Below are positions 46,739-57,570 of a stretch of 64,000 nt of DNA, one piece after another. The translations under genes were made by a program, and so were the position numbers. The stretch comes from Dudresnaya verticillata (lineage: Eukaryota): positions 2,976,001 through 3,040,000 of the forward strand of contig OZ374558.1 of NCBI GenBank assembly GCA_977862235.1, written 5' to 3'. Positions within the stretch are counted from its first letter, which is position 1; each line of letters begins with the position of its first letter. The notes under the pieces were generated by a model. It searched no databases, was not told the origin of the DNA, and saw only the letters and a program-made list of their open reading frames with translations.

Positions 46739-47656
46739 TTAACTACGTCTACGCTTCCCCAATAATTGTACCTTCAAATCATACACTTCTCCCACATGCA
46801 ATTTCTTGGAAGCATTACCGGCACACATGTTAAAGGTAACCTTGGACAACTTCACGGGTCACTCTTCTTCCGAGTCCCAGATGAGACTTCTTCCTGCATC
46901 GACTACAACGCAATGATCCATCGACGGAGGATCACACAACCTCACAAGCCACACACCCCTGTCTTGGTTAGTTATCCAACTAAACCCATCCTTCCTCATT
47001 TCCTTCTTCACCTTCTTGGATAAGCCCACAATAGTGAGCCCTTCACACAACTGGTGAATCAATGGACCAAGCTGACCCAGCTTGCAAATATGCTGTGGCA
47101 TGTCCTTCAATTTCTCCTGCACCTTGAGACCCATCTCAATCCCGCCGAGACAAGTAACAGCATTCACGACTGAAGCCCGAGCACAGGACATGAGATTGCG
47201 CCGCGCAAATACTCGGTTTGCCTCTCGGTAATGATTCTGAGCCAACGATGCGTTCTTATTACGCGCACCGGGACCGCCAAGCAGAACTGCAAGGCCCTTA
47301 TTGCGTCTGCAGAAGCACAGCAGACAGTCGACAAGATTGTTGTCCCACTCCTGTCCGACATTCCAGTCAAGGTCCTCTTCGGTTAGGACACACTGTCTTG
47401 GATAATTATTCCGCGACCTTTCCAACGCCAGCGATGGGAACTTGAAGCCAACTTCTCCGCGATACGACAGCAAAATCGACTCTGGATCGATGGTGTGGGA
47501 ATTTTCGTGACCACCTGTCATCTTCGCAGAAGCGTACACGCAACCGTCAAGCAAGCGTTTTCCGTTTTCCCCACTGCCCTTGGAGCCATCACCCACAAGG
47601 ATTGCTTCGAACTCCCACGGGACACCAGGCACGCTTTCCACAGTGCCCTGCGCCAT
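46739..47656 (-). CDS. Antisense accessory ORF, papain-fold cysteine-peptidase-like; one in-frame TGA at 46859-46861
   Basis: SCARASVVNAV...DHCVVVD....IWDSEE gives a Cys-His-Asp order. The frame stays open for 39 more codons after the TGA. Confidence 0.55.
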
Positions 47657-49036
47657 CGCTGTCGGTTACTGTAATGCAGATCGCGCGTCCTCCTCAGGGT
47701 TGGTTGTTCCCCCTTACAGAAGCCCAATATCGTCCGAAGAACATAAGGGATACTGACCAGGTTCACGAAGTAGCCTCTGGGCTCCGCCACGCAGCACAAA
47801 AATGGCGCACGCTACCGGGAATTCGGTACAGTAATTTACGCAGTGTACAAGCGCACCGCACAGTAACCCGTAAGAGCAACGGCGCTCCGGCGCACTCCAG
47901 TGCGCAGTTGACACCGTACTCGGGACACGGCTGCACACCAACGGGAACGAGGGACGCAGACGCAGCAACACGGCTCCAGAGTGATGACCAGGCTGCGCTC
48001 GAGCGGTTTAGGCGGGCAGCTATGGTCATATATACAGTATGTGCAAGAACTCACACACTCCTCGGCCACCGTAGGCGAATTTGCCGGTACTGCACGCATT
48101 GGCCTATTTTTCCTAAGTTTGGGAGGGGTGACTGTAACGGGTAGTGTAAGTTATGTACTGTAAGATAGGCTAGCGCCGTCGGTACGGACGACGCCGGATC
48201 CCTCGACGAGTGTGGGACCGAACCCTATATCAAGGGACACAGTACCCGCGCCACTCCGCTATCATAGTCATCATATTCTCTTACCAATAAACCTCTGTGT
48301 CACCCACACTACGTGAGCACGAAAACACGTCAACGCGGGAGACGGTTCGTACTCGAATGATTCGTAACGGCGTCGGTGCCAACGAACGGTCGTCTCACGT
48401 ATCGTGACGGTTACGAAGTGCGCCAGCATGCATACGGAGGTGCACCCGCGTCGTGGGCCGCGGTGCCGTTACGCACAGGAAACAACGGGAAGATCATGAA
48501 GGTTTCAGCGATTTCGTATCGGGTGCGCACTGTAATGCGAATGCCATCGTGGCGCGCGCGATCACGAAGTCCGCTCGGAATTCGTCCGGAGGTGTCAGCG
48601 ATTTCGTATCGCGTGCGTGCTGTAATGCGAATGCCATCGTGGCACGCGCAGAGTATGCGCACTGTAATACGTTTGCCATCGTGGCGTGCGCATTCACGGA
48701 GTCACTTCGAAATTCGTATTTCTCGATTATTTTTCACGTAGACCACGGAGTCGTTTTGCGCATAGCGTCTATACCACAGGTTTACTTGGCTTTGAATGTG
48801 AGGATATGAGTCAGGGGGCTGAAGCTGTTGGCAGAGAGCGCAGTGAATTGGGGATGTAATGAGAGCTCTAGTCAGTGCGCTCAATAGGATGTCAGTTGAC
48901 AACATTTTAAATGCAGATGACAAGGACATTTTTGAAGTAGTGGACGACAGTGAGATGGCTCGCGCCATTGCGTTGGATTTATGTCCCTCTATTGGGCAGG
49001 GTAGTTTTGACAAGGAAGGAACTTGTGGTATACCGA

Positions 49037-49878
49037 ATGTCCACGGAGACGCGGGGAAGTCTCGCACTGTACGTGATGGCCTCCGAGCCGAACGTGTGGC
49101 CTCGTAGCCTAAGGGAAATCGATGAAAGAAAAAGCCGTGGTAGCATGGTAGAGCCGAGCGACCAACACGAAAGACCACGGTGTCAACGTATTCGTGTGCG
49201 GAAGGGAGAACTCGAGCAATCAATCACCGGGGATGACTCCGCTAGCGAAAGCCAGGCTCGACCGTATCCGCGGTCACGAACACGAAGACACCGAACTCGA
49301 AGAAACAGGAGTTTACAGAAGACTCCGAGGTCGGGGCGCTAGTCGCTTACCGAAAACCCCTCGGAGGTCGAGCCAGACGACTGGCTAAGTACTACGTGAG
49401 CACGAATACACGTCAACGCGGGAGACGGCTCGTACTCGAATGATTCTTAACGGCCTCGGTGCCAACGAACGGTCGTCTCTGTGGTGAAGTGAGCCGTGGC
49501 GCGCGTGCGGCGCGCCGACGGCGAGCCAACCGTAACGGATGATGCGGCAATACGCCACGCTGATGATCTGGCAACGTGTAACCGTGTCGGGTGTGTGCGC
49601 ATTACTGTGCACTGGTACGCATCGCTGTACTGTAAGTGGAGCGCATCAACCGTAGCGGGGTATTTGTAGTACTTATTCTTTATTTTCAGTGAGTATCTGT
49701 ACAGTGTGTAGAGTAGCGCGCCAGCCAATGAGAATGCTACGCATGTCCGTGTCGGAGATTGGGACCAGCAGGGCCGATTCTACCATAGGACCAGACCACT
49801 AGGGTCTGGCCCGCACGGACCGGATCGCTCGGTGCCACCTTGACTTGTATATCAGGGCGGCACCACAGCGGCTCCTAG
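49037..49878. mobile_element. Truncated family C (49037-49479) and family A (49480-49878) pieces
   Basis: Match 40725-41060 and 19968-20368 respectively. Confidence 0.85.
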
Positions 49879-50126
49879 TGTCTATTCGACCGGCTTTTTG
49901 CCTCACCTGAGGCCAGAGTTGGCCTCACTTGAGGCCAGGGTGCTCCGCAGGGCAGTTCAGGGGGTATGCAGTAAACGGTGGTGTAAAAACGTAAATATTT
50001 TAGAAATAGCGAGGCAGGGTGAATGACCAGGCCAAACAAATCACCTAGTATTTTCGCGGTGTAAGCCGCTTCCTTACTACGCAATTATCTACGCAATCGA
50101 CCCTCCATCGACCCTTTATATAGAAT

Positions 50127-50195
50127 GAAGTTCAGGAAAGTTGGCGGACTTGCAGCTTCACTCTGAGGTTGCGGGTTCAATCCTCGCTGAGTTCA
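50127..50195 (+). pseudogene. Degenerate tRNA-like sequence
   Basis: T arm GCGGG-TTCAATC-CTCGC, D-like arm AAGT-TGGCGG-ACTT, a bulged acceptor stem and a short anticodon stem. Confidence 0.35.
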
Positions 50196-50552
50196 TAACA
50201 ACTTGAAAACTCCTTCGGGAGCTCGACGGTTTAATTATTCTCTTACCACAGGAAGCCACAAGGCGCTCTCTTGAACACTGGACAGAACACGCTAACATCC
50301 AGTAAAGGAGTATTCCGACAGGTAAGTAGCCAATCCAGCTAGTCAAATAACACGGATACTAAACTTAGGGGGCTTAAGGATTCTTTTTTTCTTTTGTACA
50401 TGGAAAGGCCTGTCACGCTTATAGTTTACTTCTTTTGCGGGTCAGTACCCATAAGAGATTGCACTTTTATATTATCAAGACCCATGTTTAAACTTACTTA
50501 AGACAAAATCCATGAACTTGGTCATAATGCTTTTTAAAGCAACCCCGTTTCG

Positions 50553-51109
50553 TGTCACTGTGACAGATGAAAAGGAAATGATTACTTTATTGGAGAAGTA
50601 GTAATCATCAGTAACCATGACTAACCAAGGAAGGCGTAAATGCTAGAACAATTGCAGAGATTGGAGGCGTTAATGCCAAGTAGAATGGTGTAACGAAGGA
50701 AAGAATTTGAAGAGAAAGAGCAGGGCGGGAGGGTGGGAGAACGAAGCAAAGAACTTGCCGAGTAGGGCAGTGAGCTACTGTAGGGTGAGTCTTATATACA
50801 GCTTGGCCGAGTTAAAACTCGGTCATGGGATCGCTGCTTGTGTGAAGAAGCCACCCACAAAATTGCGCGACCTAGCATCATCCAGAAGCTGTGTATCAAA
50901 CCACCCAAAAACTGCTCGACCTAGCATCATCCAGAAGCTGGGGTGCAACTAACAGTCCCGATTTGGAGCTGCAATTCAAACAGCGTACCCAAAAAGGGTG
51001 TGAGTTGTGGGACGCTCGGCCTATGCTCGCTACCCTTGGCATGTCTTTTCAGAAGTGTAAAGCGATTAGGACACCCTCTGTAAACCTCTTCTTTAAAGGC
51101 CCGCAAACA
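50553..51109 (-). mobile_element. LTR-like segment truncating the piggyBac gene
   Basis: On the minus strand: a TG start, a ~50-bp tandem repeat (50850-50941), TATATAA (~50792), AATAAA (~50586) and a GTGACA end. No TSD was found. Confidence 0.45.
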
Positions 51110-52249
51110 GCATCCAGTACAGACATACTTTGACTTCTTCGTACCTTTGCAAATATTGCACCGGGCTTGGTATTTGCATTTTGTCGGACTTCCATCCCTC
51201 TTTAAGCTCATGCGACTAGTGGAAACAAGGTTCATGCCTGTTCCAACATAAACATCAGCACAAAAGTCTTCTTCCTCATCCGATGATTCCTGAGACGGTC
51301 CCCGTTGACGCAACCTTATTTCGTCGTATTTGTTCTCGATGAGACCCTCAGGCAGTTGCGAATGGAATTGATGCGGTGTCATCGCCGACCGGTTTCCTTG
51401 ACAACCCTTGTAGACATTCCATGAATGGACAACACAAATGCCAAAAAGTGTAGTGTTGACGCGTGTTGCCCAATCCTTCACTTCAATTTTCTTCTCAAGA
51501 GCAAGGTCATCCTGTCGGCACCTGTTGTGTATGTCAACCTGAGCACAAGTGTTGTAGTAGGACTGACATACAGTTGGAATGTTGACTTCCAATTGCTCCA
51601 ATCTAGTGGCTCCATTACTGATTCCCCAGCGTTCACGGTAGATTGACGTAGTGTTGACTGATGTCGATGCCGTACTGATAAAGTAGCGTCGATTTCTGTC
51701 AACCAACATTAGTGCCATCATTTCAAGGTTCCCAGAAGATGAGACAAGAGAAACATGATCACCCTCATTTGGCATCTCAACATTGGAAAGGTAATCCATG
51801 GGATACTTTTTGGTATATGTCGTGACAACTCCCGTAAATCGTAGCCCTCTCTCATGGAGTGCTTCGGCTCCCTCCACAGAAGCAAAGAAAGAATCGGCAC
51901 AAACCAATCGGTTTGTGCTAAACCAAGGCTCCACTAGTCGTAACATAACAGCTGTTCCATGTCGTAATTCCCTTTCATGCATCCTCTGGGAACTTTGTTC
52001 TGCATAAACAGTCAGTTCCAGTTGTAACATGATTCCACTTCTCCCGCATGCAGCGGACTTCATCTCACACCCATTCTCCGGCTTCCTGTCCATAGCCACA
52101 TAATGAGGAAGACCCTTATTGATCCAGTCCCCACACAGCCCATACCATCGTGACATACTCTCGTCAACACAGATTGCTTCAGATGGTCGTATGAACGTCT
52201 TTCGATGCTCATTTATGTCATTCACAAAAGCTGCCACGTCACTCCACCG
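51110..52249 (-). pseudogene. piggyBac-type transposase (DDE_Tnp_1_7), 5' part cut by the Gypsy LTR
   Basis: Motifs ICVDESM, RKPENG, VCADSFFASV and YYNTCAQVDIHNRCRQ, with a C-terminal CxxC..CxxC. Confidence 0.88.
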
Positions 52250-52577
52250 TGTAGTATCTCTAGAGCACCACCGCGTACGGCAGCCAAACGAGACCCCAAG
52301 AAGACCAAGAAGACCTGTCGGATTTAACCAGAACTGGCCAGAACGTAGAACGAACCTGCGCGCCGGTAGCAAGCGTGGTAGAGCGGGAGCGCGCAGACGA
52401 AGTCGTGGCCAGAATGTGTGATGAGGACAGAAAATGGCCAAGTCGAGGGTTCAGTTGCTAACTTTACTCCGAACCTCTGGCGGGACGGCTTCGTACCCTT
52501 TTCGGCTTAGCCGTAGTGTGTGGCCAGCTAAGTAGGCCCAAAATCGGCCATCTGAGCTAATCTAGAGCTATTCTACA
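52250..52577 (-). repeat. 3' LTR of Gypsy-1
   Basis: TGTAG...CTACA termini, with copies at 17020-17367 and ending at 43503. It begins exactly where the piggyBac homology breaks. Confidence 0.75.
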
Positions 52578-53251
52578 GTTAGTGGCCGAGGTTACTCCGG
52601 TCGGCCATAATATCTACTTGTGTTCCGGCGTCGGGCCAATGTAAGGCCCTTGCGAGACTAAACCAAGTACTTGTGCGTTAATGGTTGGCTCTGCGAGTTA
52701 GATTTTCCCTTGATTTTTCCACTGTCTTCCCATTGACTCACCGTGCGGCCAAATCCAATTTCGATTTGTGTCTGGCCGCAAAATCAGATCATGCGTGTAC
52801 AGCGGGCCACGTGGTGCGCTTCGGTGTCGTAGGTGGCCACGTGTGAGCCACGTGTACAGTCGGTGGCCACGTTTCATACTTGCGCGCGCTCACCGCCGTC
52901 CGCGCGCCGACGGCACGACTTCATTGGCCAAGTGTCTTCGTTTGGTTGGGCCGATCGTACAGTTGGCCCGTCGAGTTGCTTCCTTGTGGTGGCCCCCTTG
53001 CCGTTGCACCACAGAGCCCCCTTCGCAAGCGTGGACTCCTGGCCGCGAGGGTTTCATCTGGCCATATCAGCGCGCGTGATCCGCGCCGCTACCCCTCTCC
53101 CTGCACCCGGCCATCACCATCTCACTCACACCAAGTTTCCTCTTACCAACACTTGCCAAAACATCGCGCGGACGTTCTCGCTCCTTGCCAACTTGCGCGC
53201 GCCTTCCCTTGCTTCGGTCTCCAACGTGTGCGTCTGGCCAGTTCGCTCTCG

Positions 53252-56200
53252 ATGGCGGGTGGCCCTGCGAAAGCGCGTCCGCGCCGCACCGCATCGGCCA
53301 AGAAGAAGACTGTACGGCCGACCGTTTCTTCTAGTTCATCATCTACACCGCTGTCGAGCGACGAAGAAGTCGCTGTGGCCAAAGTGAAGGCGACCACGAA
53401 GAAGACTGGCCAGAGTTCGAGGCCGCGTGCGATGAAGGCGCCCAGGGCATCTTCCGCCCCAGCACCCAAGACCCCAAGTCGTGCATCTAACGATCCGTTG
53501 GGTGCTGCGAAGGCTACCGCAGTGGAGAAGCCCATCAAGACTGGCCAGAAGAAGAATGTTGCTGCCTCTGCAACTCCGGCCATGGTGCTAACTACGCCCG
53601 ATGTTGGCACCGACGAGTTAATGCAGGAGATCGCGGCCAGTCAGAAGAGACGCGAGGCTGAGGAGCAGCAACTGGCCAGCTTAAAGAAGAAGCTTGTCGA
53701 TGCGCAGAAGGCCAAGGTGGCGCGCAGCGTGACTATCGTCGCATCATCCTCGTCGGAGGAGGTAGCGGCTGCAACAGGCCAACTTGGAAGGGGCAAGCCG
53801 ACTGCATCCTCTGTTGTCGGCCCGCTAGCGAAGGAGACTCCAACAACTGGCCAGAAGGTAGCAGAAGCGCCTGAGGAAGGGTTGGTGCAGGCCGAAGTGA
53901 AGCGCCTCGAGGCGAAGAAGTTGATGCCGGCCGCAAGCACTTCGGTGCCAACGGCCATTAATCCTACTCCACCGCCGTTGGACAGCGCTGTTGAGAAGGC
54001 TGTTTTTGCCATCTCTCGTCCACTGGTTACTCAAGCTACTACTGCGGCAGCCGAAGAAGTAGCTTCGGTTCAGCCCGAGGTTTCCGATTCGGCCATGGTA
54101 TTTGTGCCCGCTCGAGAAGAACCGCTGGCCAGTAAGGAAGAGTTACCTGGAAGAGTTGAGAAGATTGGGTCAGAGCAGAAGAAAGGAGATAAGCCGGAGC
54201 AGAAGGCCCCAGAAGCTTTGGCCAATATTCCCGTGCCACGCAAGTCTTCACGTTCGGCGACACCAAGTGCTTCGAGGAAATCTACGCCGCGACTGCGCTC
54301 GGCTCCTTCGCCTTTCATGCTGACGGCTGCGAGCCGTGCGCGTGAGCTGGCCAAATTAAACATCGGCAAGCCCGCTGTTCAGGGTCCTCCCGCGAAGAAG
54401 CAGCGGCTGCCTCCTAAGGACGTTGGCCAGATATCTCGCGACGAAGTTATTGACGTCGATGCTTCCACACCGATCCCGCTGGCCAACCTCATGTCTGACG
54501 GCGATCGGCGTCGGTTTGTGGCTTTGCTCCCCGACGCCGATGAGCTTAAAACTGGTCATTCTTCGTCTACGCCTCCTGCAGGCATGCCGCCCAAGTCATC
54601 TGGCCAGAGTGAAGATCCTCGCGTGAAGGAATTTATTCCGCGCGAAGAGGCTTTGGATATCACCAAAGCTGGCCAGGATGTCCCAAGTTCAAGTGCTGGC
54701 CCCTCTGCTCCAACTCATCCAGATCGTGAACCAGCTTCGCACACTCGTGCTGCTGTCCCTTTCCGTCCCGACCTCCCACCGGGCCTAGAAGATCAGGATG
54801 GCCCCCAGTTGGTTTTGGACGAACGGTTGCCCGGTACTTCTATCTGGCCAAAGCTTCCTCGAGTGGATATTCTCTATACCGCGTTGGTGCCCGATAGTGA
54901 CAAACTGGACATGATTCGCGTGCGGGAAAGCCATTGCCCTCTCAATGAGGCGTGGCACCAATATCGCGAGTTGCATGAAAATGGCCATCTCTATTGGATC
55001 CCTTCGGAGATTGAGTGCGACCGTGCCTTCTTGCTGTGCGCGCGGGATGTGATGTTCGTCCACGGAGCTTGGTTGATGTTCAAGGGCAAGTCTAGTGTGT
55101 ACCCTCATACTTCCACATGGTATTACGCCTTCCCTCACTCGTGGATGCTTGAGCGCTGGGAGCAGACGACCGTGCGAAACGCAAAAATGGCCAGTACAGA
55201 TCTTCGTCGCATCATAGCGGCGGGAGATTGGTTGGCCCATCGCACAGGTGGTAGCTATGTCTACCATGGCAACACTCGCGGCCAGGAAGGGTTTTGGCCC
55301 CCTGTCGAGTACTTCCCTAGCGTTCCCGCTTTTCTTTGGAAGGAGTGGCCATCGAGAGGAGAAGCTTGTCTACTTAGCCCCCTGGCTTATTATTTTGTTG
55401 GCCAGTATCGTCGTCATGCGCTCGACCCCACTTGGGTTGAGTGCTTCCAGGAAACCTCTGTCGTGGAGTTACACGTAATGGTCAGTATCTTCTTCTGCTA
55501 CGAAGTGCAAGCGTCGAAGAGGATGTGGTGGATGTCTTCTCAGACCATTGCTCGACGAATTGAAGTGGTGAAAGGCATTATTTATCTCCCCGCCAGCCAG
55601 GAGCACCAGCATCAGTTCAACCATGTGTATTGGCCAGATATTGTATCGTTGTACGAGAAACTGGCCGATACAGTGCTTCACCGCGACCATTTGTTCCAAC
55701 GTCGAGCGGGCCATGATGAGAAGTATTGCGGCTTCGACTGGAACAAGCAAGTGACTTTTCGGCACGGTAGTAGCTTTGGAGTTGAGGTGGCCAATGACGC
55801 TTCCATCGTGCGGGCCAGCATCTTGCATCCTCATCCGCATGTGGTGGCCGAACTTTCTGTACGTGGCCATGTTAACCAAATGTCTTTGGCTAACGTCTTG
55901 CGGCAGCTGAACCAAAGCCTTGGCCGTCTTAGCGACACGAAGCGTGGCCAGACCGATGAACTCAACCGCCTTCGTCACCATGTTGATGAAGTGGAAGGAG
56001 TTATCAGGCGGGGCGAAGAGCGGCTGGTCAATGTTAGGAGTCAGAAGGATCAGATTGAGGCCGAGTTGCGAGCTGCAAAGGAGTCACTGGCCAGGTCCAA
56101 CGAGCAATGTCTCGAGTGGAAGAGGCAGCGCGACCGTTGGTGCGACGAAACCCATAACCAACAGGCCTTACTCGACTTGGAGCGTAACCGTGGATTTCAT

Positions 56201-56650
56201 CAGCTGGCCAGTTTGCGTGCAGTTTATGCACCGTCTGTCTTTGGCCAGGTGCCTCAGTTTCCGCTGTCTTCCCTGCCAACGCCTGCGCCGGCTCCAACCA
56301 TGCCGCAATATCCTGGGGTCTCAGTGGCACCGGCCACAACCCCCACGCTGTCTTACGCTGGTGATGTCTCTGGTCATCCGCGCGCGCCGTCTCGACCGGC
56401 TGATTATCAGCCAGAGCCAACTCGTCCGGTGGTGTCGGCTCTACCTACTCCTGTGGCCAATGTTGCTCAAACTGGCCATGTTCCCGGCCGTTTGGCTCTG
56501 CCGATCACTTCGCCCTTCGTGACGCCGCCAACTGTTCCCGCGACGGCCCCACGTGCGCCTGCGACAGCGCCTCAGGCGCCTTCACAGGCAAGGAGCAGAG
56601 AGCCCTATGCTTCGGGTTATCCTCGCTCGCCAAGTCCTTATGGCCGTTAG
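53252..56650 (+). CDS. Accessory protein of unknown function (1132 aa), antisense to gag-pol
   Basis: Uninterrupted ORF with a basic low-complexity N-terminus, a Trp/His/Tyr-rich core, a coiled coil and a Pro-rich tail. The second copy shows synonymous changes. Confidence 0.88.
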   Translation: MAGGPAKARPRRTASAKKKTVRPTVSSSSSSTPLSSDEEVAVAKVKATTKKTGQSSRPRAMKAPRASSAPAPKTPSRASNDPLGAAKATAVEKPIKTGQKKNVAASATPAMVLTTPDVGTDELMQEIAASQKRREAEEQQLASLKKKLVDAQKAKVARSVTIVASSSSEEVAAATGQLGRGKPTASSVVGPLAKETPTTGQKVAEAPEEGLVQAEVKRLEAKKLMPAASTSVPTAINPTPPPLDSAVEKAVFAISRPLVTQATTAAAEEVASVQPEVSDSAMVFVPAREEPLASKEELPGRVEKIGSEQKKGDKPEQKAPEALANIPVPRKSSRSATPSASRKSTPRLRSAPSPFMLTAASRARELAKLNIGKPAVQGPPAKKQRLPPKDVGQISRDEVIDVDASTPIPLANLMSDGDRRRFVALLPDADELKTGHSSSTPPAGMPPKSSGQSEDPRVKEFIPREEALDITKAGQDVPSSSAGPSAPTHPDREPASHTRAAVPFRPDLPPGLEDQDGPQLVLDERLPGTSIWPKLPRVDILYTALVPDSDKLDMIRVRESHCPLNEAWHQYRELHENGHLYWIPSEIECDRAFLLCARDVMFVHGAWLMFKGKSSVYPHTSTWYYAFPHSWMLERWEQTTVRNAKMASTDLRRIIAAGDWLAHRTGGSYVYHGNTRGQEGFWPPVEYFPSVPAFLWKEWPSRGEACLLSPLAYYFVGQYRRHALDPTWVECFQETSVVELHVMVSIFFCYEVQASKRMWWMSSQTIARRIEVVKGIIYLPASQEHQHQFNHVYWPDIVSLYEKLADTVLHRDHLFQRRAGHDEKYCGFDWNKQVTFRHGSSFGVEVANDASIVRASILHPHPHVVAELSVRGHVNQMSLANVLRQLNQSLGRLSDTKRGQTDELNRLRHHVDEVEGVIRRGEERLVNVRSQKDQIEAELRAAKESLARSNEQCLEWKRQRDRWCDETHNQQALLDLERNRGFHQLASLRAVYAPSVFGQVPQFPLSSLPTPAPAPTMPQYPGVSVAPATTPTLSYAGDVSGHPRAPSRPADYQPEPTRPVVSALPTPVANVAQTGHVPGRLALPITSPFVTPPTVPATAPRAPATAPQAPSQARSREPYASGYPRSPSPYGR

Positions 56651-57570
56651 TTGTCAAGGTCTTGGATTAGTAGTTGGCCAGCTCGTCTTGTGCTCTTATG
56701 CTGGCCAATGAGATGTTGTTAGTCTTGTGATTTCCTGTGTCTTGTGTTTGCGTTGTCAAAATTTGGTGGCCAAGTTAGTGCGTCTAAGGTTGGACAGACC
56801 CCCCCTTGTCCTTGGGGGTTAATGAGTCTGTCCGGCCAGTCTTGAGTTAAAGTGCACTGGTTACCTTCAAAAATGTTGCGTGTTATCGTGGCCAGTTACT
56901 AGTCAAATGGGGCTGTAAGGCCTTTGTTAGTTCGGGTCAGTAGGTCTTGCTTCTGGCCAATGCTCATGAGCACAGCTGGAAAAACGGGGTTAAGGGAGTC
57001 AGTGGTTAAGTCAAAGCAAAAAAATGGCCAGTGCGAGTGGTGGGGTGGAGTGGCCTTGGTGTGGGGCTACCTTCTTCAAGGCGCCGAAGGAAGAGTAATG
57101 GCCAGCTATTGTCTTCTTCTCACCGGCTTCAAGCACCTCATCTGGCCATGTCTTCTTCTCTGGCCAATTTCCTTCTTGTTGTCGGTAGGGGCTATCGTCG
57201 TTTCCCCTGTTCTCTCACTCTGCGCAAACCCCCCGCTCGGGAGCACGACGCGTGGGAATTAGAGTTACCTGGAAAAGGCAACAAAAGATGAGGTAGTTTC
57301 TACCGTCCATTTACACCCACTGAATTTCGGCGTACACCGGGAGATTTGCTGGCCGCGACTTTCTCACACATGATTGGTCAGCTTACATTATTCTGGGTTA
57401 ACCCTAAACACCGCCGTCTTGTTTTTGGTGACGGGGTTCCAGCCGGGGTTATTTTGTCACCCAGCATCTCCTTCCTCCGTCCACAACCACCCCGCATCTC
57501 CGTCTTCACAAGTTTTTGGCCAGACTCTGACTCCTCTCGCTTGACTTCCCTGGCCATGTCGAGGTTGACC

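Larger units (their letters stand above)
44360..48308 (+). mobile_element. Non-autonomous GalEa-type Copia LTR retrotransposon (3.95 kb)
   Basis: 176-bp LTRs at 44360-44535 and 48133-48308 with one mismatch. TSD CTACG, PBS TGGTAGCA abutting the 5' LTR and PPT GGGAGGGG at 48121. No integrase or RT is present. Confidence 0.92.
40710..48778. mobile_element. Family C unit (inverted) hosting B2 and the GalEa-type element
   Basis: Ends TGTGGTATA...TATACCACA with TSD GGTTT (40705-40709 / 48779-48783). Confidence 0.9.

Noticed and set aside
50927..52441. 504-aa ORF as a complete piggyBac transposase
   Set aside because: The first ~64 codons come from the Gypsy LTR and the tail from another insert, so the ORF is a chimeric read-through.
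52880..53251. N-terminal 124 aa of the 1256-aa ORF call
   Set aside because: It has a non-ATG start in leader sequence; the first in-frame ATG is at 53252.
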